DNA of 61,378 bases, filler included, from Choristocarpus tenellus KU-1152 (GCA_964200185.2; 7 parts of 7 records of this genome joined end to end with filler, not necessarily neighbours in it); one strand, 5' to 3'. Positions 27,696 to 41,465 are shown, counted from the first letter of the whole stretch. Notes: generated by a model not told the origin, from the sequence alone. Numbers and translations are program-made.

Positions 27696-28717
27696 TTCCA
27701 CTCAGTGCTTAGCTCAAAGCTTGACTCAAAGTTTCATTCAAGATAAAGAAAAGACTGCTAGGTAAGGGGGGTCAAGGTGTTTCACTAAAAGTCCTCTCTC
27801 TTATTATTTTCATCATCCACCCAATATCTTTGGTCTTCTCTGCAACTGCTCTACACGTACTCCAATCATAAACCTTTACTCTGCAACTTCTTAAGGACTT
27901 TGACATTTTCTGTAATGTTACGTATGCATTCCGAATCTTACTCTGTATCTTCTATGAAATCACCATTTATTCTGTAAGGCTACCTATGTGTTACTAATAT
28001 CGTATATTGTTCGCACTTGTTAGAACGCGAGAAACAATCCTCACACTATACGTCTGTCACAAATGTTTGTGTTTGCTAAATAAAACATAAGAAATACTCG
28101 CACTTCGTTGGAACACGAGAAGAAATGCTCGCGCTTTTCGTCTGTAACACATGTTTATTGTATTATTATGCCCCTCCGACATTTTGCAGATGTGTCAGGG
28201 GAAAAACCAATGAAAAGTCAATTAAATATGGTTATCATACAATTTTTGCCGTATGTCATATACCGTTACAACGATTTTTTTTTTGTGAGTAATCCCGGAT
28301 TCCAGTGGAGGATCTTTTGTGGGACTGAGATGTGGAATCTATTCAAGAAGAGACCAATCCCACAGGTACTGGATACATCAAGCATCAAAGATTCTCTTTC
28401 TCACGTCTTGACATTTCTGGTGATCCTCCTCTCATGAGATCCTTCCTCCCCACTCTACAGCACCCAGCAGTTCTCTGTAGTTTTTGCACTTATCCAACCT
28501 TAACCTCGTCCTCCTTGGTACGTTTTGTCTTGATCCATCTGTTCCGTCTTGCCCAGTGATTCTTGTCTGAATGAACCATCCCGCCATGGAATTGTACGAT
28601 TCAATCATGGACGAGATCCGAGCTTATTAAAACCGGTGTAGGGATCAACCAACTCTGTGGACCAATCGACAAATGGTGATCACACAATATAAGTATTAAA
28701 ATGTATATTGATACTCG

Positions 28718-28790
28718 CACCGAAGGTGGGGCTCGAACCCACGACCATACGATTAAAAGTCGTACGCTCTACCGACTGAGCTACTCCGGC
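28718..28790 (-). tRNA. tRNA-Lys (anticodon TTT)
   Basis: GCCGGAGTAGCTCAGTCGGTAGAGCGTACGACTTTTAATCGTATGGTCGTGGGTTCGAGCCCCACCTTCGGTG: 73 nt, full cloverleaf, A and B boxes, no intron, CCA not encoded. Confidence 0.97.
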
Positions 28791-29045
28791 TTCGGTATGA
28801 ATGCTACGATATAATCTAGTATACACTAGTACAGTAGTCACTCATCAGTACATGAATGCCTAACAACAGTTTTATTTCTAATCCAAACACCAAATTCCAT
28901 CTCACAAAAGAAGTGCTCCTTAGGGGCGTAAATATACACTAATCCCAAGTCACATATTTCTTTTTTATGGGTATAGGGTGCTGTGACTCCAGCCCTGTCA
29001 ATGATATGCGTTGTGACCAGTGCACCAATGTTCTCTCCCACTACA

Positions 29046-29225
29046 GACCCAAAGTATCTGGGGGGGGGTGGGGGTCTACACCAGGGTGTCCGTTTGGGCC
29101 AAAATCAGGAAAAGTGCATTTACATTATCCATCCGACTTATGCAACCAAATCACCAAAAAATTGCGACATGAAAAAATTGAAGTCAAATGGACAGCCGCC
29201 CCCGCCCCCCCAGATACTTTGACCC
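29046..29225 (-). mobile_element. MITE family C (180 bp)
   Basis: TIRs GACCCAAAGTATCTGGGGG / CCCCCAGATACTTTGACCC. Confidence 0.88.
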
Positions 29226-30140
29226 ACAACTTATCTCATATGGACCGATCAAGTCTCTAAATATATATGACGCCTACCTGGGGACCTTCCAGACCAGGAT
29301 CTCAACCTCGTGCACACCATCCCTCTTTGTGGAGAAGACCCACCCGTATCACAAAAAGGTGCAAGTTCAGAGAAGGAAACAAGAAAATGCGTTACAGGCG
29401 AATAGCTCAAGTATTTCTTCCTGTGCTTTAACCGGTGCGAGCAGTGTACACACGTGTGGAACCCCCCCAAAGGGGGAACTCCGATTTGCTAAAAGTTGCA
29501 GAATAGAATCTGTAACTTGGGAAGGTTGCAACGGTTCCCAGATGTATTCCAACGTAAACCAAAGAAACAAAACAGTACATGATGAAAAGAGATCCTAAAA
29601 CAGCTCAGATCCCAAATGGCTCAAGCACCCCCAGGACTCACTCTTACTGATACCAATTCTCGTATTCATGCTTATCGATTAATTAAGAGTATCCCTGTTC
29701 TGCTGAGCTGACGTTCATTAACCTGTGGATTGGACCCCCTTGACTGTCGGAGTATCCTGGGAGCCTTGTACGATCATGAGTGTCATCTATAGGGCTTGTG
29801 GATTGGATCTATACATCCTGTGGAGGTAAGCTTCTGGAGCATGTTGTAACAAAAGGGCACAGTCTGAAGGGGTAGTGTTGGCGTCTGGGAAAACAAAATG
29901 AGGCAATTGTAAGCCAGCCTGGGTAACAACAGGATGGACATACACGTAATATAAAAGGATGCATGAACTAGGAAGGTATGGCAATTTTGTGCATAGTTAG
30001 GTGCATCATGAGGAATGGTGCACCTCTCCAAAGGTTTGGACTCAATGCTCGGCACTACGAGGAGGGATGAAGGGATATAAATAAATTAATTAACATCTGG
30101 TAGGAATAAGGGTAAAGTATTCTTGAGGAAAGAGGTCTCC

Positions 30141-30308
30141 TCCCAAGAACAGTCGATTCAAAAATTGAGGATGGAGCTTTTCATTGAGGATGGGACACAA
30201 CAATACAAAAAAAAATCATATCGACACTTTATCCCAGTCAATTTTGGGTAAAGCCCATCCTCAATGAAAAGCTCCATCCTCAATTTTTGAAATCGACTGT
30301 TCTTGGGA
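30141..30308. repeat. Fold-back element with ~54-bp inverted arms
   Basis: 30141-30194 (tcccaagaacagtcgatt...gaggatggg) is the reverse complement of 30254-30308 with a single indel. Confidence 0.9.
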
Positions 30309-31519
30309 TAATGGGGGACAGAGAACTCGCACAAGCTTGAATACAGAAATTATGTATAGCATATTGTTACTTGTATGGTTAAGGGCGTGAGCATGTAAAA
30401 AAAAATGGCATGGACAATAAGCAGGGGCATGGCAAAAAATGGGCTTCAACATGAATGTGCATTAGGAGCGTAGAAGGTTGCAAGGACGCAGTAGATAGAA
30501 AAGTAAAGTAAATAAAAACAAGCATAGGAATGGTGCACTTGGAGGAGGGAGAGGAAGCGGATGTGTTCTGATAGAAATTGGGTGCTTCAAAAGGGGACGG
30601 GGATAAATGAACAACTTTCTAAGTTTCTCTCACTCCACATCGAGAAGGACAGGAGGGGATGGATGATATAATTAGCCCAGAAAAAATACCAGAGCATTAC
30701 GGACGATGATTTTGGGCACATGGCAAATAGAATAAAATTACATTTTGTTGTCCTCCCCTTTATATATATTTTGTTTTTCCAACATGACAATTCCTTGTAA
30801 CATGTTACGACCTCGTTATTTAATATACGTATACTTATCACTGTAGTATATAATACGAATACGAGCAACATTTTATTATTATTCCCTCTAACATTTTACG
30901 GATGTGTGACGGAAAAAACCAATGAAAACTATTCACATGTAAGAAAAATCCCTAAAAAATGTAACATTTGTTAAAAACATTAATTTACTATTTCACTACC
31001 ATGTTGTACCCACTGCCTTCCTGCAGCTCCAACCTAGCTTAGTCCTGCATCCCAGGGCGATGAGCTAGGGATGCATTCCAAGAATCTAACAAGCCCCTCC
31101 TTGCCCATCTCCCTGGTGTCTCCAGCTCAAAAACGCATGGCATGTCTAGACAGGGCCACCTAGGTTGTAACAGAGACTATTTGTCGTAGACAGGATTTGA
31201 CCGCCCTTTTCCTCCTGTAGCCTCCAGTCCCTCTCCCCCCTACCGTGTGCGTAGCTAGTTCATCCAGGAAACTTTTCGCTTGGCTTACCGAGGCGCCCAA
31301 AGCTTTCCATTCTGAAGGTGTTGAGGTTGTGTGTTTATTTGCACTTTAGTAGACCAAGTACTACTACTACTACTTCCATAATATCAAGTACGACCAGGAC
31401 AGGATATACCCCTTCTCGACATTGGACTTGTGGGAGAAAAGGGAGAGGTTGAATTGAGAAGGAAGTGAAGTAGAGATCCTGAATCAACACCGAGCAGGGC
31501 TGAAGGACCCTTTGGATCG

Positions 31520-32468
31520 ATGAGACTAGCCGAAATCTCGACCCTCGCTCTACTTCTTCACCAACCCCATCAATGCGTGGCCTATCTTCTCACTTCCCTC
31601 AAGTCCAAATCTGACAGCGTTTTTCGAACAAGTCGCCCTTCCTCCCTACTGGAAATAAGGACACGAACAGTAACCGAATGTACTTCCCATGAAGATGAGT
31701 TCGACCAACGGAATGCACTCGTGGAGAAATATGGCACAGTCTTAGCAGGGGAGGGACTGGAAGACATGTCTGCCCAGCAAGTCCCGAATGCTGTTGTCGA
31801 GAAAGGAGACAAAGTGGAAGATGATGATGACTACGAACGCGACGTCCCTCAATGGTTGCTACCGGATGGAGCACCTCTGGGAATGTACCGAGCTGATAAA
31901 GATGGAAATGTCTACTCTGTCAGATATATAAAGAGATCAAATACCACCACTCGAAGGAAGCTCCGACCTCATATTTCGAGGAAAGGAGAGACTGGGCGAT
32001 GCATCTTGGGGCACAAGGGCAGGAAAGAGCGTGTGAGCGTGCAGAAGATCATGATGGCCACGTTCAATATCCCATATCCAGATGGACGGTACCCCGAAGA
32101 TGATGGCAAGGTGAAGGCAGGCTACAGGTTAGCCTGTGTTTGGGAAAGAACGTACATGCTGAGGAACAAGTAACAACTCCTCTCTCCAGTTCTCCACAGC
32201 CTCCGCCACTCCCTTTTTCGACTTCTGCGCTCATTCGCAGGGCAAGTGGACGTGGCAAGTTTTGAACAAGAACAGGAACTGCGCGGATAACCGCCTATCA
32301 AACCTCTACTACAGCTTGGTAGGACGACACTATTGGCGAGACACACCACCACGGGACCCGCGCTATGCACCTGATCTTTCTTTCTTTCTTGACACCTTCG
32401 AATGGAGGGTACATCCCATTCACACAGAGATCGAGGTTAGCGATTCGTTCAGGTATCGAAATATTTGA
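31520..32468 (+). CDS. NUMOD4/HNH endonuclease-like protein with signal + transit-like presequence
   Basis: Model join(31520..32110,32241..32468), phase-0 GT-AG intron. NUMOD4-like YRADKDGNVYS; HNH-like QVLNKNRNCADNRLSNL; second NUMOD4-like WRVHP...EVSDSFRYRN. The 3' end could splice further. Confidence 0.7.
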
Positions 32469-34082
32469 TGTTTTGTCTCAGTTCGTGTGAACGAGCACTC
32501 ATTGATTGACTAATCGCACCGTTTTTGTCACGGTGCATGATTTATTCTCGCCAATGTCCTAGGGTGGACAATTTGGAGTGTAACATGGTGCGCCAGAACC
32601 ATTCCAATTTTTTCTCCTGATGTGAACAACTGCGAAATTCAAGAGTAGAATGAAATACTTCAATTGTTGCACTACTCAAATCGGATAATCCCCCATTTTT
32701 GAACCATCGTATCCCTCAATAGTGGATCACGTGATCAGTCAAATATGTAAACGTTTTGCCTAATACCGTAGGTCCTCTATATGCATGGACTATTCGATGC
32801 ATTCTCTGAGATGAAATCCATACACTCTAAACTAAGAGTAAATATAACATCTACTACATCACCTCTCATTGTACTCATCATTCTGTACAACAAGAGGTTA
32901 GCAGAAAGAGGTTTAGTCTGGTGGCAGGAAAAAATCCCAGGCATACCAGGAAATAGGTGTTATTTCATCCAGTGGGATATATTTCATCTTTCTCAATTGA
33001 TACAGCTACAACTGCAATTATACTCAACATCTGTATGGCCTGATTTATGCGACTTGTATTTGTGTACAACTGAATGTACTCTTGGACAAATGGTTCTACG
33101 TAGGAATTGCATTCACATTTGACTTTTAAATGTTTTTTTTTTTTTCTGCCACGGATGATTAGTACACATTCACAGATCACGAGGTTAGATTCAAGCAGGA
33201 TTCAAATGATGGAATACATTCCTTTCCCGCTTAGCTGAGGCGTGTATGTTGTTCTGCTTGGGAGTGAGGAGTTTGTACTCCGAGCAGCGGTTTTTCTAAA
33301 CAACTATTTTTTTTGTCACAACTAATAGTACACTATATACTACATACCCTTTCTCTTTTAACTACACGATATCTATACTCCAGCAGTGATACGCCATCAA
33401 AAAGAGTACGTGCATTTTATTTTAATTTTAATTTTTAATTTTTACCCATGCCACCTGCCCTACTACCCTCCCCCAAACTGCTTCCTGCTCAGTTTTCTAC
33501 TCGTTACACACACAGGGAGTATGCTCTGACAGGAAATATGTCATTAAGTGTCATGTACAAAATATTTCTAAACAAAATATTCCTGCCACACCCCCGCGCC
33601 AGTACATCCCATGAGTCGTCTTGATGTCTAGTTATTGGATGAGTTTCTTGTGTGCTTGCTGCTATATCTGCTACTATTGTGTTCTTCCTCTGTTCCACAT
33701 CAGTTTGGGCAGTCCTGTGTGGCCGTTGGATGTACCCACACTCAAGAAGGCAGGGATTTTTTGTAGCTTCGCAGCCGGTGCGTAAAGTGGGTAGACTTAG
33801 TGGGGATTTTGCAAAGATTTTAGGCCATATGTTGTTTTGCCTGGATTGTTTTTTTGTGGTTCAATGAATTGGACTCCGCCCAATTTTATCGATAGGTGTA
33901 ACTTTTGGTCTATCCAATATCAGGGGAGTCACTGATCAGGGTGCTCCCCCCAATGATACCTCAAGATGGGTTTTGGCGTAAGGCCCACAAAATACTATGA
34001 AATATATAGTACCATGTTCGCTTATAGCCTGCCTTGCAAACCGTTCGAACTGGTGCTGGACAGAGGAAGTATCCAACCTTAG

Positions 34083-34110
34083 ACCTAACCCTAACCCTAA
34101 CCCTAACCCT
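34083..34110. repeat. Interstitial telomere-like (CCCTAA)n
   Basis: About 4.5 copies; a shorter tract lies at about 9545-9560. Confidence 0.85.
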
Positions 34111-34422
34111 AGTCCTGATTTGACCCTCAAGGCCTTGACCTCCCTCCCGGAACGAACGGTCAACAAAACAAGCAACGTGTAAAACAAGACACTCTTTACA
34201 GGTATAGCTAGACCTCAAACAAACGGGTCGACAAGGGTCAACCATCTTCGGACACNNNNNNNNNNNNNNNNNNNNNNNNNNNNNNNNNNNNNNNNNNNNT
34301 TAATTAATTAANNNNNNNNNNNNNNNNNNNNNNNNNNNNNNNNNNNNNNNNNNNNGAAGGATTCATTTTCTGCTCTTCCCCTGCCCATTTAATTTTTGTC
34401 TACTTTTAAGTTCCCCCCCCCC

Positions 34423-34471
34423 CCCTGCCCTGCCCTGCCCTGCCCTGCCCTGCCCTGCCCTGCCCTGCCCT
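34423..34471. repeat. (CCCTG)n microsatellite
   Basis: About 9 perfect copies. Confidence 0.95.
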
Positions 34472-34755
34472 CTCTCCCTGCGTTTTGAATGTGACCACTT
34501 GCCCCATGTGGAGCGAGGCGTACATAGCATCCTTCTTTTTTGGAAGAATAACACCATTTCTGTTGAACGGTAACCGTGTTTGCACCGAACTTTTTTTTCC
34601 TTTTTTTTTTCATCTCGGTTGCAGGGAGCTGATATCATCTACAGGGAGGACACCTTCCGAGGGCTGGCAGAAACCCTGTCAAAGGTGTGCTCCCCTGCAG
34701 GCGCTACCGTTCTGTACCTGGCGACAAAGCTGGCAAGTGTTTAGTTTGCACTCAT

Positions 34756-35016
34756 GAGTCAAAGTATCTTAGAGGGTAGAGTCACGTCCATTCGGGGGCC
34801 AAAATCCAATGTTGTGATTTTGATGTAATTTTCGTGATCGTGTCTGTTAGGAAGTGTCAATATCCTTGTTCCGGACACACTTTTTTCATGAAGTGTACAT
34901 TTTACCTACTCCTAAACATTTTGGAGTAGGAAAATGTAATAAAAAAAACCCATGGGAAACCAAGCCCCAAATGGACAAACAGGGCAAAACTTGTACCCTC
35001 TAAGATACTTTCACTC
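34756..35016 (+). mobile_element. MITE family A (261 bp)
   Basis: TIRs GAGTCAAAGTATCTTAGAGGGTA / TACCCTCTAAGATACTTTCACTC; perfect TSD TCAT. Confidence 0.93.
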
Positions 35017-37026
35017 TCATTCGGACACACGGGCCAAGCAATGTAGAGCTCTATGCTGACGGCATCGTGTTGCTTTGGTTAGTTTAGATATTCGCATTCT
35101 CTTTTTTATTTTATTTTTTGTTTTCCCTCATGTTATTTGTTGCCTCTGGCCGCAAGTGTGAAAATATCAATCCAGAATGGTCATGTGTGTGTGTGTGTTA
35201 TTTAACTCCTCAATCAATCGGCTGATCACTGTTTTTCCTGGGGGATAAGTTCTTGCAAGATATCTGATTTTCAAAAATTGTGAGATAGAGATGACGTCTT
35301 GGGGGCGGGGGAGGGAGAAATGAAGTGTCCATAGTTGGTGAATACTCTCTCAGAGTCCATCTATGTTTGAGGATGTGAGGTGACTACCTCGTTAAAGATA
35401 AGATCATACTCATTCTTCGGAACAGAACAAAAAATATATATATTTTTTGTTACTGTCACATTACCTCACACTTTGCATGACATTGGTTTTGGGGCATATT
35501 TCCCACACTTCAGTTAACCAACGAAGTAAATGATTGACTTTGCGGTTTTGGAGGCGTTTGTAAAACTTACTTTGATGAGTGCCTTTCTGGAAAAGTGAGG
35601 TGGTTTATTGGCCCAAGTACAGTGGACGCATAGCATAGCTTGGTGCAAGATGCTGCTCATTTTTTGCTTGAGAATAGGTACTAAGCTTAGAATGCATTAG
35701 ACACCTTTTTTGTTCACACATACACACACACACACCAGTAAAGAAAGCAATAGATATGGATTGACCATCCTTGGAAAGACTGGATAGAGTAGTTCTTTTG
35801 TGTTTATATTTTTCTTTCAACAATATATGTATGCATTCGTGTGTGGAATAGTGTGGTTGTTAAGAAGATGTTTGGACCGGGGTGCGCAAACCTACACCAT
35901 GTAATGGACTGCGCTGGACTGAACATTTTCCAAGGCATAGGGATCCGCCTTCCACCCCCATGTTGTTCCTGATCAAACCTTGCTACTGTTGTGGCCCCGG
36001 CAGCGTGGAGGCAGGCATGGGGGTCTTATCTCCATGCTAAGAAAGGACTTCGGTTTTGATGTGGCAGAGATCTCTCCCCCGGGAAGTCATAGCAATGAGA
36101 AACATCAAACTGTTGCCCCTGAGGTGGCAGCACAACAGGAGATTCCCCCCGGTGTAGAGGGTGTGGTGGCAAAGATGGTAGAGGAACAAGACCGTCAAAG
36201 AGAGCCCTGTAAAGATTCATGTCCTCCCATGGTGGAAGAGGAACACACTCTTAAGACCAGGGCAGGGACAGTAGATCTAGCCGGACTGGAAGATGACTGC
36301 GATAGTGCTATTAAAAGCTTTGTGGATGATTTGAAAGGTGGTGAGAGCCCCCGGACAGGTGGAGAGGGGGACTTCAACCTGGATGGGTTTGCGAGTCATT
36401 CACAAGTGGAGGTCTTGTTTCAAGGGAGAGAAGAAGGGTTGTTGTTCGAGCAAGTGCAGAAAGAAGTTTTTTCGAACTCTGTTGCTAAAAAGAATGTAGA
36501 GGCAGTAGATGGGGATGCTGATAGGGATGTGAGGGGTGCGAAAGGAGAGATTGGAAGGGAAAGTGCTAGGGGTGAGGGGTGCTTCAGAGGTGGTATTGCA
36601 GGGGAGTGGTCATTTGCTCAAGGAGTTAGGGACCTGGGTGTTGTGCTGGCTTATCGTGGTGTGATGAATAGGTCAGTGACTGTTTGTGACGAATTTGGTG
36701 ATAAGGTGTAGAGGCTGTGAGTGAGTGATAGGACTTTAACTTTTGTGAGATTTAACCCTTTCTTTACTGTTAATGCTGTTTTTTGTTGAAGTATTGTACT
36801 CCTTATGTACAGAGTATTTTAAGTAGAGCAGTGGGAGAAAGTTAAGTACAAGGTGGATGGGCTGTGTGAAAGTATTGTTCGAGGTTGGTGAGGGAGGTCA
36901 GACAAAAACAAATAGAAGATCGTGCCATAGCTATCTTTCCAGACAACTACAACTGGAGCAGTCACTGCAGAGGCTTTCTAGAAATGCGTGAAGGATTAAG
37001 CAAAGGGGTCTGCCAGTAATGGCAAT

Positions 37027-37088
37027 GAGCCAAAGTATCTTAGAAGGTAGAGCCGCGTCCATTTGGGGGTCAAAATACAATGTTGTGA
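37027..37088 (+). mobile_element. MITE family A 5' end, truncated at contig end
   Basis: GAGCCAAAGTATCTTAGAAGGTAGAGCCGCGTCCATTTGGGG. Confidence 0.85.
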
Positions 37089-37755
37089 NNNNNNNNNNNN
37101 NNNNNNNNNNNNNNNNNNNNNNNNNNNNNNNNTTAATTAATTAANNNNNNNNNNNNNNNNNNNNNNNNNNNNNNNNNNNNNNNNNNNNGGTACAACAATA
37201 CTTGAGGGTACGCAGGGGGGGGGGGATAATACTTGCATATACGTTGAATAACACTTCCGAGTACCTTGCAGGTAAAAAAAAGTTTTGCATACCTCGAGGA
37301 TTGCGAGGCGTTGGCGAGGGACTCATTGATAACAGGGCTCCATCTATCACGATTCTCATTGGGCGACAAGAACCGTGAAGAGGTATCTATCACTCAGGGA
37401 CAGGTGGGGTGTCTACAGGTCTATTCTGAGTGTATTCATTCTTCCTCCCATTCTTGATGCTTCACCATGATGAGAAGAGATTAGGTGCACTCTTAACGCA
37501 CATCACACATAAACTCAACACTTTCTAGCAGACATACCATCCCACCTGTCAATTGACACTTGTTGCGATGGCATCTTATAGCTGGACCTCCATCTTTCTC
37601 ACCCACACCCAGCAGCCCTTTAGCCGTACACTCTCTACCTTTTGTAAGTCCCTCCCTTTTCCTCCTTGCTATCTGGGACTAACTGGAGTGGTTATTGCAG
37701 TTCAGCCAAAGTGAAGCAAGCTGGGGGGTTGGGGTGTGTGCGTGTTGGAGGATTG

Positions 37756-39519
37756 CTATGTTGATAATGGAGGAGGCCGAGGTGGGATGATTCTCGTTAG
37801 CACAATACCATCTTCCTTATATTGTTCATCCAGCATCCCCGGATCCATATCTTCACAGGTGAAACCCATATTCCTCAACGAGGAAAAGAAGAATGCACCT
37901 CCATCCCCTGCCCATCGCCTCTCATGACAGCTCAGCACCAATGAAGCACCCCTCCCCCTCCTGTCTCCGCCCTGTTCTATATCATGTTCCTTGCTGCTAG
38001 ACTCTCTATTGCTCCCATCCCCACAACTGCCGCAACAAATATTCTGCAGCGTGGATGCGAGGGCGAACGCTGTTGATTGGTCACCATAGAGCAGATCTGA
38101 GCAAAGGACAATCCCCTCTGGGTCCAGCCAGGATGCCATTCTCACAGCCTCTGTCTCATCCCCCCACCCCAGCACAGCCCCAGAGACAGTGCCTGCAACA
38201 GAAGGGTTGAGCACAATCGATCGCTCTATTGCTGGAAGGCCCTCCTCCTGTAGTTTGGGAGTCAACATTGAAGAGGGGTCAAGGGGGGAGGGGTGAACTG
38301 ACGGCATCAACCCCTCGCGTTCCACTACTCCTTGAAGCAAAGTCACATCACGTTTTTAGGAGGGAAAGTCTCAAAGTAAACACAGTAATTGGAGGAATCC
38401 TTGTGCTTGAGCGTATGGCTATTGGTCGTCAATGATGCACAGCCTTATCAGATGTGCCAACCTCTGCGAGACGAATAGGCCCCTGATCTTAACCCTCAAC
38501 ACGGCTGGGGACTGATTTCAATAACTCTCCCCATGGCTTCCAATAATGTCACACCATGTCTGTCAGAACGACTCCTTCCGCTCCCAAGACTGCTGCAGCG
38601 ATCCCAGGCAGACCGACGCCACAACCAAGTTCAAGTACCCTCTTTCCTTCAATCTCCTGTGGAGAGGCAAAACGCATGGGCCAATCAGACTACTGGCTTG
38701 AGTGTGGCAACACGACAGGTGCTAAATAATAGTGCAGGGCGTTCCTTCTGATTCAATGGGTTGCGTGTTGTGCCCAGCTACAAACTCAGCAATCCGTTGA
38801 GATTAATTGTCTCATAACTGCTTCAATTTAAGCTAAGAAACGAACAGGCCGAAGATGTCATGGCATGACCATGAATTGAACATATCGAGCTCGCACCTCG
38901 GGTGACTTCTGGAGGTAGTCAACAAGCACCAGGGAGCAGTCCCAAGCCCTGTATTGCTGCCCCGGGGCGTGTTCAAAAATAATAGGACCTCTACAAGTTT
39001 CGACTCGACCCTTTCCCCCACCCTGCGAATTCATGGCAAAGGGGAAAGGGCGCCACATTCGTAAGAGCCAGAGAACATCAGAGATGTGTTGGAACCAACC
39101 TGATGGACCAGCAACTATCATTGAGTAGACGAGACTTTCATTATGATATCCCCGGTCATAAACGAAACGCCTTACATCGTACAAGTCAGCTTGCGTGAGA
39201 CGCCATCCCCTCTGCTGTCTCTTAGACGCAAAGGTAATCGCAGCCTTGAGCTTCTGTTGTTGACGCTCCCCATCTTCAAAAAAATCTCCCTCTATCGCTT
39301 CCAACCAGCCCTGGTTTTATCATGTTCAACATTCACGGTTCAAGGAGAGGTGGTCAAAATAGAATTGCAATATCAAAACATCAACACTTGGTCTCTTCTG
39401 TGAGAAACAGTACACCAACATAATAGGTTGGCAAGGCCCCCACCTCATCCCATCAATGAGGAGGAAGTGGTCCTCCACCTCTAACCCACCTCACTATCAC
39501 TGCTCGACAAATCCCCCAT
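37756..39519 (-). CDS. SAM-dependent protein-lysine methyltransferase (family 16, METTL21-like), ~345 aa
   Basis: complement(join(37756..38247,38555..38656,38897..39310,39490..39519)); all GT-AG, phase 0. Motifs AWDCSLVLVDYL, VLELGCGVGLPG, VVLTD, LGWG, CSDLLY. Confidence 0.9.
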
Positions 39520-39870
39520 CGAAGGTTTATGTAAATCAACTGTCGCCAACCAAAACACCCAACACTTGGAAAATCGAAGATGATGAGTATGGGTAAATAA
39601 TGACTATAACCCTACATACATAATTTTCAAATCTTAATACGTCATGATACGCATATATACGTAGATATAACCTAACTACAAACTGTCATAGTTAATAAGA
39701 CAAGGTCTTCATAGAGTGATCAGTGAATGTGTGATCAACCCACCCATTACATATCAATCTTCGATATGTGAATGAGGCAAAGTAAATCTATGGCATCTAG
39801 GTGACGAATCTGGCAAGGTAGTACTATTCCCAGGAATCCCATAAGTCTGTTTGATAGCATTCGAGACTGA

Positions 39871-41465
39871 ATGAACTCTCCAGGTGGAGACGAGACCACC
39901 CCTCTACTTGAGAGGGAAAGAAGGCCTGGTCGGAGTAATGATGGTCCCTTAGTCTACCTCGAGAGGTTTCCCAGGAGAATGGTCGAGGTCTGCTATGGAT
40001 ATTCCCTCTCAGTGGTCATTACAGCAGTACTTGGAGCGGTGAGTATCCAGACTTTCGGTCACAATCCCCGAGTGTATTGGAGTAGATATATTTCGTGGCA
40101 TTACATTTTTTCCGATTCTCGTCTTGTTCCTTTGCTACAATTCTAATGTATCAGCATCGAAGAGTGTATCTACTGTTTGTTGAACCGTGGATGTGTTCCC
40201 TTCCTGATTTGTAGAGGGGGGCACTAGGGAGAGAATTTTATCAAGTACAACCCTCCGCTGTTGACATGATATATAATACTCCTATACAACAGGTGACCAC
40301 TGGTGGTGTGGTGAGTTTTCCCTCGGTAGTTTACATCTTCCCTATACTGGTGGCCCAAATCTGGCTCGTGGTCGAGCTGATTGTTGCTTATAAGTGCATG
40401 GGGCGCGCAATGCAGGGTGGGAACAGCCCACCTAGACGTCGGGGACGGCAGTCACGGCCCACCCCTTCCCGCACTCGGGTGGAGGAAAGAGGGGAATCGA
40501 GAGGCAGACGTAGAGAGAGCCAGTCGCGTTCGCGCAAGCCCGTCAGTCCTAGGATTCGCATCATTGGTCTTGTACGGCTGTGGTACAAGTTATGGGCGGC
40601 ATTGGTGCTGGCTGCCCTTGTCTTGGGGACGTTCGAGGGCCTTCTGATGGCAAGGATACTAGGAACGCCTTCTTCACAATTGAAAACGAGCGTAGTCATT
40701 AGCCCCCTCCTGGCTGGACTTGCCCTATCTGTCTTTTTTGCTGTTGTTATCCGCAATCTAGGTAAGACCAAGGTGAGCCTGTTGGGACTCACCATCCTCT
40801 TCCTATCTTTGCTCAGCGCCAAACTGGATGCCACGGAGAAACATCAGGAAGAACGTAAAAGTTACAAGCCGGTTGCATCCTATTCTTGGTTGGTAGTGTT
40901 TATCCCAGTATGGATTGGTGCCGGAGTGTTTTTGACAACATACACCAGAATCTTGTGGGGCAGGCGCATTTCACGTGTACTAGAACTCACAGCAGCACAA
41001 GAGGCCGCTAGTGTCGCTGTTGTTGTGGGCACTGCCATTCTGGTCCTTTGTAGTGCCCTGCTCTGCCACCTTTTGGTGGGTGGGTGGTTAGTATGGAATG
41101 GTGGGTCATTGGTGAATGTCTCCTCAGCTACTCTCACGGCGACCTTGCTGTTGGCAGCAACGGGAGGGGCGACGATTGCTTGTGGGATTCGTCAGGTGTT
41201 CCTGGAGCGGGTGGCTGCACTGGTGGAGACTGGTGTCCCTGATTCTATACCGCTGCCTGTATCCTACAGTAATGAGTCACACGGGTGGGTTGCAGATGAG
41301 GGGGCGTTGAAATATCTGTCTGTATTCCTGTTGGGGACAGTTAGGCAACGGCAGGCAATACATGGTGAGGATGTAAGATTTAATGAGGAAGGAATGCAAG
41401 GTAATAGGTATGCTGGGGAGGTTCTCCCAAGCTGGAAGAACTCGTCAGATGCCTCGCCTACATGA
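39871..41465 (+). CDS. Multi-pass membrane protein, TMEM185/Fragile-X-F-like
   Basis: join(39871..40038,40293..41465); about 7-8 hydrophobic segments; signature LLSAKLD...SWLVVFIPVWI; N-terminal ETTPLL dileucine motif. Confidence 0.75.

Noticed and set aside
34083-34110. True chromosome end
   Set aside because: Short tract with ordinary sequence on both sides.
35980-36711. 243-aa ORF as a gene
   Set aside because: No ATG start, no recognisable motif; may be the antisense shadow of a decayed element.
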